A stretch of 63,484 nucleotides of DNA, the filler included, from Thraustochytrium aureum (taxonomy: Eukaryota): the NCBI GenBank assembly GCA_012862495.1. It is 6 parts of 4 records of this genome, joined end to end, with 100 filler letters (N's around TTAATTAATTAA, not from the genome) between each part and the next. Parts side by side here need not be neighbours in the genome. Positions count along the whole stretch, not along the records: positions 1 to 14,236 come from BLSG01000383.1; 5 more parts are not named here. One strand, 5' to 3'. Position 1 is the stretch's first letter, and the number at the start of each line of letters is the position of its first letter. The translations under genes were made by a program, and so were the position numbers. Below, one piece after another: positions 1 through 11,641 of this stretch. The notes beneath the pieces were generated by a model. The model ran no database searches, was not told the DNA's origin, and saw only the letters and a program-made list of their open reading frames with translations.

Positions 1-446
1 GCGGGATGGCCGGGTTAGAGAGAGCTATGGGCCACGACCGAAAGCGGCGCTGCGCGGTCAGGTTGGGGAAGAGGCCAGCTCCATGGGCGGGCACCCACTT
101 TCCCTTGGTGTAGAGCGTGCGCACGAAAAAGCAGGTCGAAGCCGGGCTGTGCTGGACGATTGTCGCGCCGGCGAAGCTGATGTGCATTGCGTCGAAGGGG
201 CGGCAGCCCACGTTGGCCAGCAGCACGACCAGCACGGCGAGCGTGGGGTCCGGGTCGGCCCAGGCCGCCTCGAGCAGCGCGTCGAGCTCGCTCTCGTCGA
301 GTGGATCCGTCGCGTTCTCGCCTCTGCCCAGCAGCTCCGGTTGGTTGACGGCCTGGTGGCCTGGATGCTGCTCCTCATGCAGGACGACTTGCCATTGAGG
401 GCAAGCGCAAGACCATCCCAGCGAGATCTTCCTGTTGGATTGGATT
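1..446 (-). CDS. Putative tyrosine recombinase/integrase catalytic-domain fragment (runs off window edge; no in-frame start seen before the motif)
   Basis: My translation of a minus frame absent from the ORF track: PLDESELDALLEAAWADPDPTLAVLVVLLANVGCRPFDAMHISF...VRTLYTKGK. It resembles integrase box I (LLxxTGxRxxE/D) plus the downstream catalytic Lys. Box II and the catalytic Tyr would lie outside the window. Confidence 0.45.
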
Positions 447-1079
447 CAAACTCAACCTGGCAACTCGGACGTCGCCTTGACAACGCGCTGGAGCAGCAGA
501 GCCCGCGCACGGACGGAGCCGGAGGATCGCGTGGAGTTGCAGGAGCCCGCGCGAGAGCCTTCCAGCCCACGAGCCAGCCCACGAACCAGCCAGCCCGCCC
601 GCCAGCCGGCCGGCCAGCCAGCCAGCCAGCGAACCCAGCCCGATCTCATTGGCTCGCGACCGTGACGAAGGATGTCTGCTGGTCAATCNNNNNNNNNNNN
701 NNNNNNNNNNNNNNNNNNNNNNNNNNNNNNNNNNNNNNNNNNNNNNNNNNNNNNNNNNNNNNNNNNNNNNNNNNNNNNNNNNNNNNNNNNNNNNNNNNNN
801 NNNNNNNNNNNNNNNNNNNNNNNNNNNNNNNNNNNNNNNNNNNNNNNNNNNNNNNNNNNNNNNNNNNNNNNNNNNNNNNNNNNNNNNNNNNNNNNNNNNN
901 NNNNNNNNNNNNNNNNNNNNNAAGGATGTCTGCTGGTCAACCGATGAGTTTTTTTGGATTGAGCAGCAGAGCCCCATCGCCAAGGAGCTGCAGGAGCCCA
1001 GGCAGGCGAGCGGGAGCCGAGCGAGCAAGCGTCGCGTTGGAGCAGCGCGTATCGCGCACGGGCGCACGTGCTCACCGGC

Positions 1080-2426
1080 ATGCTGCGCAACGCGGCGAGG
1101 CGCACTGCCAGAGTGACGACGCTCGCCACCGAGTCGGTGGCCAAGGCGGGCGAGGAAACGCCCAGGGGCGCCGCGAGGGCGCTGACGCAAGGGAAGGGGG
1201 CCGCGGAAGCGCCAAGCGAGATGGGCGTGGATGCGCTGCAGAAGAAGCCCAGAGGCAGGCCCAAAGGCTCGACGAAGGCGGCCAAGGCAGCCAAGGAGGC
1301 CGCAGAGGAACCGGCAAAGAACCCCGCCTCGGACGCTGGAACTGGGCCGGCAAGCGCGCAGGCTGAGGGCGGCACAAGCGAGGGCGGCGCTGACTCGCCG
1401 AAGGCCGCTGGTCCGGCCAAAGCAAAGGCAAAGCGAAAGCAAGCGGCGACGCAGAACGGCGAACCCGTGAAAAAGGCCCGTGCTGCCAAATCGGCCGCTG
1501 CCAAACCCGACGCAGACTTTGTGTTCCCGCGCGACGTGCCCCCCAGGCTGCCTGCCCCTGACGTGTCTGGCGGCCGTCTTCTCAAGGTGGTCAGCTGGAA
1601 CGTGAACGGCTTGCGCGCCGTCGCAAAGAACCAACCTGATGCGTTCAGCTCGATCGTGGACGCCGAGCGCCCCGATATCCTCTGCTTGCAGGAGACCAAG
1701 CTGCAGGATTCGCACGTCGGTGCCTTTGCAAACCTGCTTCCCGGCTACAAGAGCTACTTCTCGTGCAGCACGTCCAAGAAGGGCTACTCGGGGTCTGCCG
1801 TCTTCATCAAAAACGACCTGTCGCCAGTTGAGGTCGAGTACGGCATCGGCAGCGCCGAGCACGACGCGGAGGGGCGGGCCATCACGGTCAAGACGCCGTG
1901 GCTCAACCTCGTCGCCCTGTACGTCCCCAACTCGGGACAAAAGCTTGAGCGGCTCGCCTACCGCACCGAGAAGTGGGACGAGGACCTTCGCAAGTACCTC
2001 AAGTCGCTGACCGAGCAGACCGGCGGCAAGCCGTTCGTGGTTTGCGGCGACCTGAACGTGGCTCATCGAGACATCGACCTTTACAACCCGGAAGCAAAGC
2101 ACATCGCCAAGACGCCAGGTTGTACAGCGCAAGAGCGCGAGTCGTTCTCGCGCTTCCTTGCAGAGGACGGTGTCCTGGACTCGTTCCGCTTCCTCTATCC
2201 CGAGGCAAAGGGCGCTTACTCGTATTGGAGCACGCGCGGCAACGGCCGCCCCTTCAACCGCGGCCTCCGCCTCGACTACTTTTGCCTCCCGCAAACGGTA
2301 GCTAAACCCGGAAATGCACATGGTGTTGCGCTGCGGGACTCGTTCGTGATGCACCAAGTTGCAACTGGAGCCAGTGACCACTGCCCTGTGGGGCTCGAGT
2401 TGGTCTGCGCAGCGACCGCCGAGTGA
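1080..2426 (+). CDS. Exodeoxyribonuclease III / APE1-family AP endonuclease with low-complexity N-terminal extension
   Basis: Motifs SWNVNGLRA, PDILCLQETK, KKGYSG, EGRAIT, YVPNSG, GDLNVAH, YSYWS, RLDYF, SDHCP; first ATG at 1080. Confidence 0.95.
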   Translation: MLRNAARRTARVTTLATESVAKAGEETPRGAARALTQGKGAAEAPSEMGVDALQKKPRGRPKGSTKAAKAAKEAAEEPAKNPASDAGTGPASAQAEGGTSEGGADSPKAAGPAKAKAKRKQAATQNGEPVKKARAAKSAAAKPDADFVFPRDVPPRLPAPDVSGGRLLKVVSWNVNGLRAVAKNQPDAFSSIVDAERPDILCLQETKLQDSHVGAFANLLPGYKSYFSCSTSKKGYSGSAVFIKNDLSPVEVEYGIGSAEHDAEGRAITVKTPWLNLVALYVPNSGQKLERLAYRTEKWDEDLRKYLKSLTEQTGGKPFVVCGDLNVAHRDIDLYNPEAKHIAKTPGCTAQERESFSRFLAEDGVLDSFRFLYPEAKGAYSYWSTRGNGRPFNRGLRLDYFCLPQTVAKPGNAHGVALRDSFVMHQVATGASDHCPVGLELVCAATAE

Positions 2427-2569
2427 AAGGCCAGAGCGAAGCTGCGCTCCAACTCTGTCTGTGGCCGGTCGTACGAGCGGCTTGAACACGGAATTGAAAT
2501 TAAGAAATCGAAAAAGCAAACGGCCAACACATTCCAATGCTATTCTTTCCACATACCTCGGGCCCGTGT

Positions 2570-3187
2570 CTACGTTGGGAGCCACGGGGCTCGCTCTGCG
2601 GCTTGCCTGCGCGCATGCAGCTTGTCGAGCTTGTGCTTGGCCTCCATCGACACAGAAGGGTCTGGCAAATAAGTCCCAAACAGGCCGCCTGGCGCGCAGC
2701 TAGGCGTTCGCCATGTCGCCGCCGCCAATAACTTGTTCGCCGTTGCTGAGCGCGAATTTCGTAGGTCAGACTTGCTTCCCCTGTCTTGCCGCTCGACATC
2801 GTGCGGAGGAGTTCCGAACAAGTCGCCTTGTCGGACCGCGTACCAGGGGCGAAAGTTGCGCCCTTGTCCGAGCTGCTCCTTGGATACTGGCCAGAGCGAC
2901 TTGCCGTCCACGTCGAACGCCTTGCCGTGCGGGTTTGGCTCGACTGGCGTGGAATCGTTCCGATGAAACCAGTCGAGGTTGATGCTCGGATTCCACGGCG
3001 CCGGGTGCCTTGCAACGCAGCCGTCAGGCCTCTTGAGTCGTTCCTGGCGCTTGTCCTGCTGGCGCTGCTTCGCAAGCCCGTCGAGCTTGGACTCCCGCTG
3101 GGCAGCCAAGGCGACTTTCTGAGCGCGGATTTCGGCGATCATTTCGCTCACAGTTATGCCCTGCTCATCGTCACCTTGCTTGCGCAT
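2570..3187 (-). CDS. Hypothetical protein (~205 aa)
   Basis: Protein-like ORF from ATG 3187 (MRKQGDDEQ...), converging on the APE gene; no recognisable domain. Confidence 0.5.
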   Translation of the reverse strand: MRKQGDDEQGITVSEMIAEIRAQKVALAAQRESKLDGLAKQRQQDKRQERLKRPDGCVARHPAPWNPSINLDWFHRNDSTPVEPNPHGKAFDVDGKSLWPVSKEQLGQGRNFRPWYAVRQGDLFGTPPHDVERQDRGSKSDLRNSRSATANKLLAAATWRTPSCAPGGLFGTYLPDPSVSMEAKHKLDKLHARRQAAERAPWLPT

Positions 3188-3622
3188 TTTCGGCGCCGCG
3201 CTGACGCGGCTGATTCGGGCAGCACCTGGTCGCCGAGACGAGACGGTCAGTCGGCCTGCCCACTCAACTATTCGGGCGGCACGAGAGAGCGCGACGGTTG
3301 GGCCGAGCGGGCGCCTCAGCCCGACAGCGCAAGCGGAAGCTCGGGCTGCGTCCAGGGCGCTTCGCTTTCGAGCACTCTGGCGCTCGAGCCTGTTAGCGCA
3401 GTGCCTTTGTGGATCGCCCTGGCGGCTTGCTGCTTCGTGCCGAGGTCTGGGTGAGGCCCCAACGGACCTTCCTGGTCGACGAACAACTCGTATTCGCACA
3501 ACCTGTTCATTGAATCATTGGAGAAAGGATACGAACGCGAGCAAGTGCAGCTCCGATGACGGCGCCGTGCTTTTAACAAGCGGGAGAGATGCATGATTGA
3601 GATTGGTGTTCCGAATCAGAGA

Positions 3623-5514
3623 CTACACGGTGATCACGTGCGAGATTTTTACGCCGCTCGGGTTTTGCGTACCCGGCTTGATTCGCAGCCCCATGTAAAC
3701 GTGGCCGCCCGAGTCCCTCATGTCCTTCGGGAACGTCTTCAATATCCGCGCGCACTTGGCGTTCGGGAAAACGTCAAACTTGGACTTGTCCAGCAGCTTG
3801 CCGTCAAATTGGATCTCGAGGCCCTCGTTCTTGATAAACATCGACTCGGCCACACTCTTGCCGCAGCAGCCGCACAAAATCACTGTGCCCGCGTTCATCT
3901 TCGGCAGCTTGAAGACCACCCAGCCCTGGTCCGGGCTGCTGGCCGAAATACCAGCGCACGCATCCAAGTGCTCGCACGAAACAACCGCATCGCCCGCATA
4001 CTTGCGGCGCTCGAAACGGGGAATGAGATTGTTGGACCCCTCGCCCTTCCAAATGGTCCACGCTTGCTTCTCGTTCGCGAGAGGGCTGAGCTTGTCGTCA
4101 GGTCCCGCCACGCTAGCGCCGTGCCAACCGTACGTGGGAAGCTCAAAGTTAAGGCAGCCCGGGGGGTCATCCACGGCGCAAATGGCTGGGTCGCAAAACA
4201 TGGGCTTGGGCAAGTCGCTCGTGAGTCGGGGTACGCGCTCCTGCTTCCAGACGAGCCGCGGGTCGGCGCCCTGCCTGCGCTGCTCCTCAATCGCGTCGAT
4301 CGCTTGCACCATAGATTTCGCATAGACGTATGCAAAAGCATCTGCAATCATTTGAAACCCGAGCGGCCCAGGGTGCCAGTTGCGGAAAACCACGCCCAGG
4401 GAGTTCCTGCGCTCTTTGTCCGGCTCTGCTTCGCCGTACCTGGTCGTATTGTGGTACCCGTCGCCGACGGCGCCCCATTTCTTTCCGCCGTACAGCCCTC
4501 CGTGGAACAGTGCGCCTTCCAGGCAAAGCGCATTGAACCCGTACTTGCCGTACGCGCCTGGATCTGCACGTTGCTCCTACTGGCGAGGCAGCCGGCCATT
4601 GTGCCGCCCGTGTTGAAAATGTGGACAGGAGGCTGCCGCGTCATCATCTGCGCCCACCGAATGAGCTGCTCGTGTTCCTTAGGAGCACCGTCCCGACCTT
4701 CAAAGTACGTCCAGCTGTAGTGCACGATGTCCGCCCACGGGGCGATATTTTGCGTCACGCAGAATACTTGATTTTCGTGGGTGTCACCGCACCCGCCACC
4801 CTCGCCAGCGTTCTGCACTTCAAGCTCGAGGCCAGCTTCCTGAAGCACCCCTGCGAAATTGCGCTGAAGCTGGCGTTCGTAGCTGTCGTAATTGCAGTTG
4901 TCGTGGCCGGCGGCGACCGAGCTGCCGATCGTGCCGATGACAAATTTTTTCTGTTCGTCACTCACGAGGGCGCGTGCAAAGAGGTTGACCAGATAGGCCG
5001 AGCCCTCGCTAAAGGCGCTCGAGGTCGGATCCACAGACCACCCTTGCAAGAGAATGTGTTTGTACTCGCCATAGTAACCCTCGAGCATGTCGATGAATTT
5101 GGTCGCCGCCAACCTGCTCGCCGCTGCGCGCTCCGCTGTAAACAACGCCGGCTTGGGGCTCGGGGTCGGGCTTGGGTTGCCGCCTGCACTACCGCCGTTG
5201 CCAGCGTTGTTGCCTTGGTCGCCATTTCCGTTGCCACCGGGCCCGACGACAGGCCCTGGCGACACGCTCGGCGCGGGCGCCGCGGGCTCCCGCCCGGGCA
5301 CATAGACCCCTTGCGACTCGCCGATCACGACGCCCACCAGGAGCACAACCAGCATGGTCAGCACGCAGATCAGCCCGTTCCTCCACGAAAACTCGACGAC
5401 AATCCCTGCGCCTGGCTCCGCAACCGCAAACCCTCCTTCATCGCCGTCCGCCATGGGCTCCAATTCGTCCACCGAATCATCCGTCGGCACGCGCGTCGTC
5501 CCGCGCGGCGCCAT
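3623..5514 (-). CDS. Type II membrane SGNH/GDSL-like hydrolase or acyltransferase (one frameshift near 4555-4585)
   Basis: N-terminal TM (LICVLTMLVVLLVGVVIG), block I-like IGSSVAAGHD, NAGEGG, and block V-like NWHPG. ORFs 4348-5514 and 3623-4393 join through the frame AYGKYGFNALCLEG...GVVFRNWHPG. Confidence 0.7.
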
Positions 5515-5556
5515 CCCGCTCGCAGCAGACCAAGATCGCCTTCACCCGCCCGCCCG

Positions 5557-5588
<32 letters not shown>

Positions 5589-6815
5589 CCCTTCCCAGCG
5601 CCAGCAACCCCGAACGAAGCAACCCCGCACGGCCCGCGCGGCAGGAGGTTCGCCCCGCGCACCGACCTGCGCCACAGGCAGCCTCGCGCGCGTCCTGCTC
5701 TGCTCGGCCTGCAGCGCCGCGTGCGACTCGAGGACTGTTTCGTTGCTCGTGCTCTTGGGCCTCCCGGACATCGGCCAGCGCATCGAACGACTGAACGAAC
5801 AACACCGCGTTCGTCCCAGCCTTTGGTGCTCGACTCGGAGTTGAGCTCGAGCGAGAGATGCTCATGGGCGCGCGCGAGTGGAGCGCTGCCGGGGTCGATC
5901 GATGAAACGCCGAGCCGACTACGTGGCGCAGCGAGACGGGCCCTGGTGGTGATGCCTGACCTCATGAGCCGTTTCGGGCATCTTTTTGAGGCTGTGCCGC
6001 CGCCGCCGCGTGTAGCGCAGCGTAGAATCGCCCCGACCACGTGGCCTACGATCGATGCTATCCATCGATACGGTAGTTCGGATCGATGGCCCATCCATGG
6101 GCATGGCGCTCGCTGGAGGCTGTCTGTAATGGGACATCTTTGCGCGCGACGGAGGCCGATCAAACGCCGCGCTCGTCCCGGCCCGCGCTCGTTGCTTGCT
6201 CGTTGCACATCCATGTACTTCGAGTACTTACATAGGGTTGAGTATGTACGATCATCAAACACCTCCGAGTCGCTCAACCCGGCCCACGATCGCACACGCA
6301 TGTATGTAGGTATGCATTCACTCAACGAGGCCAGCGCGCGGCAGGCGCCCCTGGACGACGCGGACGACGCGTTCCAGGCCTCTGGCTCGCGTCCAAGACG
6401 GCGATGCGAGCGATCCGGCGCAAGCACGCATGCACGCACGAGGCTGGATTGAACCACAAGGACGGGACGTTCCGGGCGGCGAGGACGAGTGACGTGTTCA
6501 CTCGGCCGCGTCACAGGAGTCTGCATGTGACGTGCGACCACGCGAGAACAGCGAGCCGATCGTCAAGGGTGCGGTAGATCCGTTGTGGATGCTTCATCGC
6601 GGTGGCACGTGGGCATGTCGCGCCGGCCAGGATGGCATTTCGGAGACGCGAACCCACGTGTATTGCGTCGCGCTTTGCTCTAAACGCGCAGGGCGTTCCG
6701 GTTGGTCTGGGCTCGGGCGACGCACGGCTCAGTGCGGCATCGCCAAGTCGCGCTCGTGGCTCGACGACGCGCTCGAAGTTCGGCCGCGCGAGCGAGTGAG
6801 TGAGATTCCAAGAAG

Positions 6816-9445
6816 ATGCTGGCGCATCATCTTCCTGGCCTGGGCACGGAAGCCCACGACCCAGCGTGCGTGAGCGAGGACTGGGACGAGGACGACGCCG
6901 CGGTTAGGGAGCACAAGTCGGCGGGGGACGGCATCGAGGCGCTCGACTCGCTGTGCGAGGACGAGCCGTCGCCGCGGGCGCGGTCGCTGGCTCGACGGCC
7001 GAAGACAAAAGTCGGAAAGCTGACGCGCTCACTTCCCTCGGCGGCACCTGACGTGCTACTGGCCAAGTCGACGGCGAACCAGCTCGTGCCGAGCACCGCA
7101 AAGCAAAGCGCGGTCCCGGCGAGCGCCTCTGCACCCAACACGGTCTCAAACGCGACAGCGATCAGGAACAAATTGCAGCAGGAGGGAAAGGAAAAAGAAG
7201 GCGACATCTTTGACGCCGTCTTGGAACCAGATGCCCGCGACGCCAGTGCAAAGATAATGCTCGACGAGACAGAAGAAGTAGAGGAGGAAAAGGAAGAAAC
7301 AGAGAGCAAGTCGTCGCGCGAGGGGCCTGATAGCGAAGAGAAAAACTGCGACGGGCTCGAGGACCTTTCCATGGCCAGCGTGCGCTCCGAATTGCAAGCT
7401 GGGGCAGTGCTTCTTCGCAAGCCCCCCGCGGAAAAATCCAGCGCGCGAACGGTGTTTCGGCCACCCCCGCCCACCACAGAGCCACGGCGAACTATGAGTG
7501 CCAAAGCGAGCGACAGGGTGCGGTCGCAGCTGTATCAGCTGCGCAAGCTGCAGAACGACTCGGCCACCATTGACGACACACTACGCAAGCTGTCAGAGCG
7601 CATCAAGGGCTCAGACGTCACCGCGCCAAAAGCAAGCCCCGCCGCGCCAAGCGAGGCATTTGACCTGGACACGCTGCTGGAAGACGATACTCCTTTGGAC
7701 GAAAACGGCGAACTCGATACGCTCGCTTTGGCCCGCGCCGCGCGCACCAAGACCTCGCCCCCGCCGTCAAGTCGAAATGACCACTCGACAGACGATGGCG
7801 GGGCCGCAGTGGGCCGCATTCGCGAGGCCCGAGACTCGTCAGACATCGTGGGCGCAAAGGAGGCGCCAGAGGCAGTGGTGGCGGAAGCCAAAATTTGCGA
7901 GAGTAGCGAGATAGCTGAGACAAAGCAGCACGAGGAGACCAAGTGGACCGAATCGAAAGAGCGCGGGGCAGACTCTGCGCGCTCAGCTGATGCTGCGCCC
8001 GAGGCCGCCGAACAAGCCCAGGACAGCTCGAGATTGTCGAATCGGACGCCTGCCATACCGGCACTCGCTTTGGGCCCGGCGTTGCTCAAGCAAAGCGAAA
8101 ACGATCCTCGCGGTCTCACTCGTCAAGTGCAAGACATTGAGGACATCTCGGAAGCGGAGATTCTCGCTACCGCACGATCCATCAGGCCAAAGCAAGGCGC
8201 AGAAGTGACGAGCACGGCAAAGGAGCTCGATGCGCCAAACGGCTCCCGCGGCACAGCGCAGTNNNNNNNNNNNNNNNNNNNNNNNNNNNNNNNNNNNNNN
8301 NNNNNNNNNNNNNNNNNNNNNNNNNNNNNNNNNNNNNNNNNNNNNNNNNNNNNNNNNNNNNNNNNNNNNNNNNNNNNNNNNNNNNNNNNNNNNNNNNNNN
8401 NNNNNNNNNNNNNNNNNNNNNNNNNNNNNNNNNNNNNNNNNNNNNNNNNNNNNNNNNNNNNNNNNNNNNNNNNNNNNNNNNNNNNNNNNNNNNNNNNNAA
8501 AGCGGCAGACCCTGCGCAAGCCCGCGAGGGCGCCGCAGCAGAAGGGGATGGTGGGCCTCGAGGACGACCAGTCTTGTAAGCTGCGAGCCAACAGCAGACC
8601 CTGCGGCCGCGTACGACGATGCGTTTGAGGAGTGGGAGGTCGCGTTCACGGACTCGAATCATCGCTACTTTTACTGCCGGTCGACCGGCGAGTCGCAGTG
8701 GGAGGCCCCACAGTGCGGGGCGACCGCGTTTGACCAAGTCCTCGGCGACCAGGACACCGACTGGCTTGCGCAGTGGCAGAGGCGTTCGAGCGACGCGAGC
8801 TCCTCCCAGCCGGCCGCTTACAGAGAGCAGGCAAAGGCGCAGAACAACCAGGGCTGGGTCTCTTCCCAGCAGCAAGTGTTCACCGCCGAGGACTCGATGT
8901 ACAGCACATACGCTGCAGGCGACTCTAGGTACGAACTGCAGCTTCAGACGCCTCTGACCACTTGGCGCTCAGGCGTGGCGCCCAAGATCTCAGCGCGGTC
9001 GAGGTCGAGCCCGCGGTGGTCATCTAGTGACGTCAGCCGGCTGGAGTCGCAAGGCTTTCTCTCTGCGCGCAGCGCCGCCGCGGCACGCGCGGCCACTGCT
9101 GGAGTCCCGCCGCTTGCGCTCCCGCACGCGGGATTCAGCGCTAGCACCTACGGGATGCCAGACAGGCTCGCGCACGCTGACTACTCGATGCGGACGCATG
9201 GGCAAGGCCAGTACAAGACGCCTCGCGAGCTGGAGCTGGAGGAGCAGCTCCGATACCAAGCCGCGCGAGCCAAGTGGCTGGAACAAGAGGCTTTTTACTC
9301 CCGGCAGGCCGAGAAGGCAGCGGCGCTCCGGGCGCAGCACACGGCCCGCACGCAAGCAAGTATGGCCCAGCGCGTCCGGGAGGAGGAGCGGCGCAAGTCC
9401 ATCATGGACCTCAGCCAAGCCTCCTGGACCGACTCGGTCGTCTGA
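6816..9445 (+). CDS. Large low-complexity/coiled-coil protein with a WW domain (spans N-gap; join uncertain)
   Basis: Long ORF up to the gap. After the gap, the frame continuing into ORF 8876-9445 reads EEWEVAFTDSNHRYFYCRSTGESQWEAP (WW signature W...YF...T..SQWE.P) at ~8630-8710. Confidence 0.65.
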
Positions 9446-9582
9446 AATAGCGCGCCGCGAGTCTGCAACGTGCCTCCACTACTAGAGTCCCGCCAAAAAA
9501 AGAGCGTTTTACAAATGAGCGGCGCATGGCAGCTCGGGCCACCGGAACTCTGGGGAGCTACCGCCCAGCGCTGGCACGCGAG

Positions 9583-10754
9583 CTAGCGCGCGCCAGCCGA
9601 GGCCGAGCTGCTCACGCCCGCAGGGCCCACTTCGAGGCGCGCCGCAACTTGTCCTGGCGCGCTGAGCGGGGCGCGAGGAGACTTGACGAGGCGAGCCCCA
9701 ACCTGCAAACGCGCCGCCACAGACGCTCCGCCTGCCGAAGAATCCGGCGGCGCATCAAGCAACCGCGACAGCTGGACGCGAATGTTCGGAACGGGAGCCC
9801 ACGTGTTCCCCAACGCAGGCTTGCACTGCTGAAGCGCGCTGCTCTGGTCGCCGACAGTCGCATTGGCAATCAAGACCGCGACGCCAAACTGGCCAGCGAG
9901 CTGGCGAAGCATCTGGCCGACGCGCGCCATCGCGGCGTATGCCAAGTTGCCGGCCTTGCCGCCCAACGCTGGCGAGAAGACCGCAGAGATCGAGTCCAAG
10001 ATGATCAAACGCAGCGAGCCGTCGCGACTTGGGCTGATCGCCGCCTCACGCTCTTGGATCGCGGCAAGGACTTGCGACAAAGAAGGTACGTCGAACGCCT
10101 TGACACAGCGCACGTTTGACAAGACCCGCTGAACGGCAGCCTTGCGCTGGGCTTCCGCCACGAGTCCCGGGAGGCGGAGCGTCGCAATCTCTTGCAGCCT
10201 CGAGGCGCTGAAGGAATTCGTGCTGTCGATGTAGACGGCCCGCACGCCGGCGTTCCTCGCAAGCAACGTTGCAACGGCTGTCATGCAAAGCTGCGTCTTG
10301 CCCGACCCTGACGGCCCCGTGATCTCGGTCAGCTCCTCGGTAGCGAGGCCCCCGCCAAGGAGCGTGTCGATCGCGTCGCACCCTGTCGGCAAGGTGTGAA
10401 CAAAGTACAGCGCGTGGTCGTGCATCTCCGCCAGAGTACAAGCCGCAGTGCAGCACCTCTGCGCCAGGTACCTCTTCAAAAAGGCTACATCTGCCGCGTC
10501 CCACTTGTTCCCGGACACGGCCACCAGCTGCCGTTCGTCCATCGCCAGCACGCGTTCCACGGTGAACACCCCAGCGGCGGCAAGAAAGGCGCCCAGCGCC
10601 TCCGCCTGGCTCTTCCTCCCTCCTTCCGCCTCCTCCGCGCCATCGCCGCTCAGCCCGCTCCTCTGCGTCTGCTTTCGGCCTCGCTCTCGCCCCGCTGCCG
10701 CACCCTGCGCCGCCTTCGCGCGGGGGCTTCAAGGTACGCTTGGAGGAGATTCAT
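9583..10754 (-). CDS. RAD51D: RAD51 paralog, RAD51D-like RecA-family ATPase (start probably ATG 10754 with a frameshift near 10725)
   Basis: TGCDAIDTLLGGGL, TEITGPSGSGKTQ (Walker A), YIDSTNSF, LIILDSIS (Walker B), KPALGNTW. Confidence 0.8.
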
Positions 10755-11641
10755 CCCGGGCGGCCAGCCCGGTCCCGCCAGCCACTAACGCAGCCGAACA
10801 AGCGACCGCGGAATCGATCGTGTATCGAGAGAGGCGCGCGCACGCACGAGCGCGCTGGCCGTGCTGGGGCGCCTCCGCCTCCGCCGGGGCCGCGCCGCGC
10901 GCTCCTTGCGCGTCTGCCGCGTCCCGCCACATCGGCGATTCCGCACGTCACATAGGGGTTCAGATGACGCGAGGCGCGTCGCGCGCATTCGCCGTGCCGG
11001 AACTCGCGTCACATGGGGCCACCTGTGACGCGTTGCGCGGCTTTCACACTGGTAGGGTAATTTTCTCGTCACAATGGTCGTTCCGTGAAACATCTTGGGC
11101 AGCTCAGCGCGGTTTCGCTTGCAGCGATTGCAGACGAGCGGCTGGGGGCTCAAGTTTTTGGGGAGCTGCGCAGCGATGCAGTTCGCTACATCTTTTTTAG
11201 AGTACTTTTACCTCAATTGAATCTTAACGGTTCCACCCAGGAACGCCTCAATCCGCGCGACTATCACTGACGGCAGTGACCGAAAATACGCATCACACGA
11301 CGTTTCTGCTGCACCTGGTGCTCCATCACCTCGGCCAGCGCGCCAGATCCTGCGTTGCCGATGCTGTTTTTAAAACCGAAGACTTTTGTTGTTTTAGTCG
11401 TTCGATGATGATGTTGATGGCCGCGCGCGAGTTGGTAAGTCAGCAATGAGAAACACAGAGCTGCGCGGCTGCGCAAGAGGCTCTGTCTGCATGCATGCAG
11501 GGACGAGGCCGGACGAGCGCTCTCGACAGCCACCAGGCAGACTGGCTGGCTGGCTGGCTGGCTGGCTTGCAGGCTGCTTGCTTGCTGGCAGGCGGGGCGT
11601 GATCAAGCACTGTCGTCGACCGCGTCAACTGGGGGGTTACG

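Noticed and set aside
668..940. aaggatgtctgctggtcaa on both sides of the N-gap as a direct repeat or TSD
   Set aside because: Both copies abut the gap; most simply overlapping contig ends.
375..2585. Long antisense ORFs (e.g. 375-2585, 3593-4720, 27596-28816, 58347-59855, 59366-60811)
   Set aside because: Shadow ORFs of GC3-rich genes on the opposite strand, or ORFs inflated by N-runs; no motifs.
4558..4580. Ultra-short 17- or 23-nt GT-AG intron (gtaggagcaacgtgcag[atccag], minus strand) restoring the SGNH frame
   Set aside because: It works arithmetically, but a small error in the adjacent GCGCG run also restores the frame, and the other frameshifts I examined sit in simple runs, not in such introns. 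RNA-seq would settle it.
5545..5590. GCCT/GCCA/GGAA/CTGT/CAG microsatellites (also ~570-630, 11540, 14120, 43250, 49710, 61000-61050, 61755)
   Set aside because: Common simple repeats throughout intergenic DNA; useful only as a host signature.
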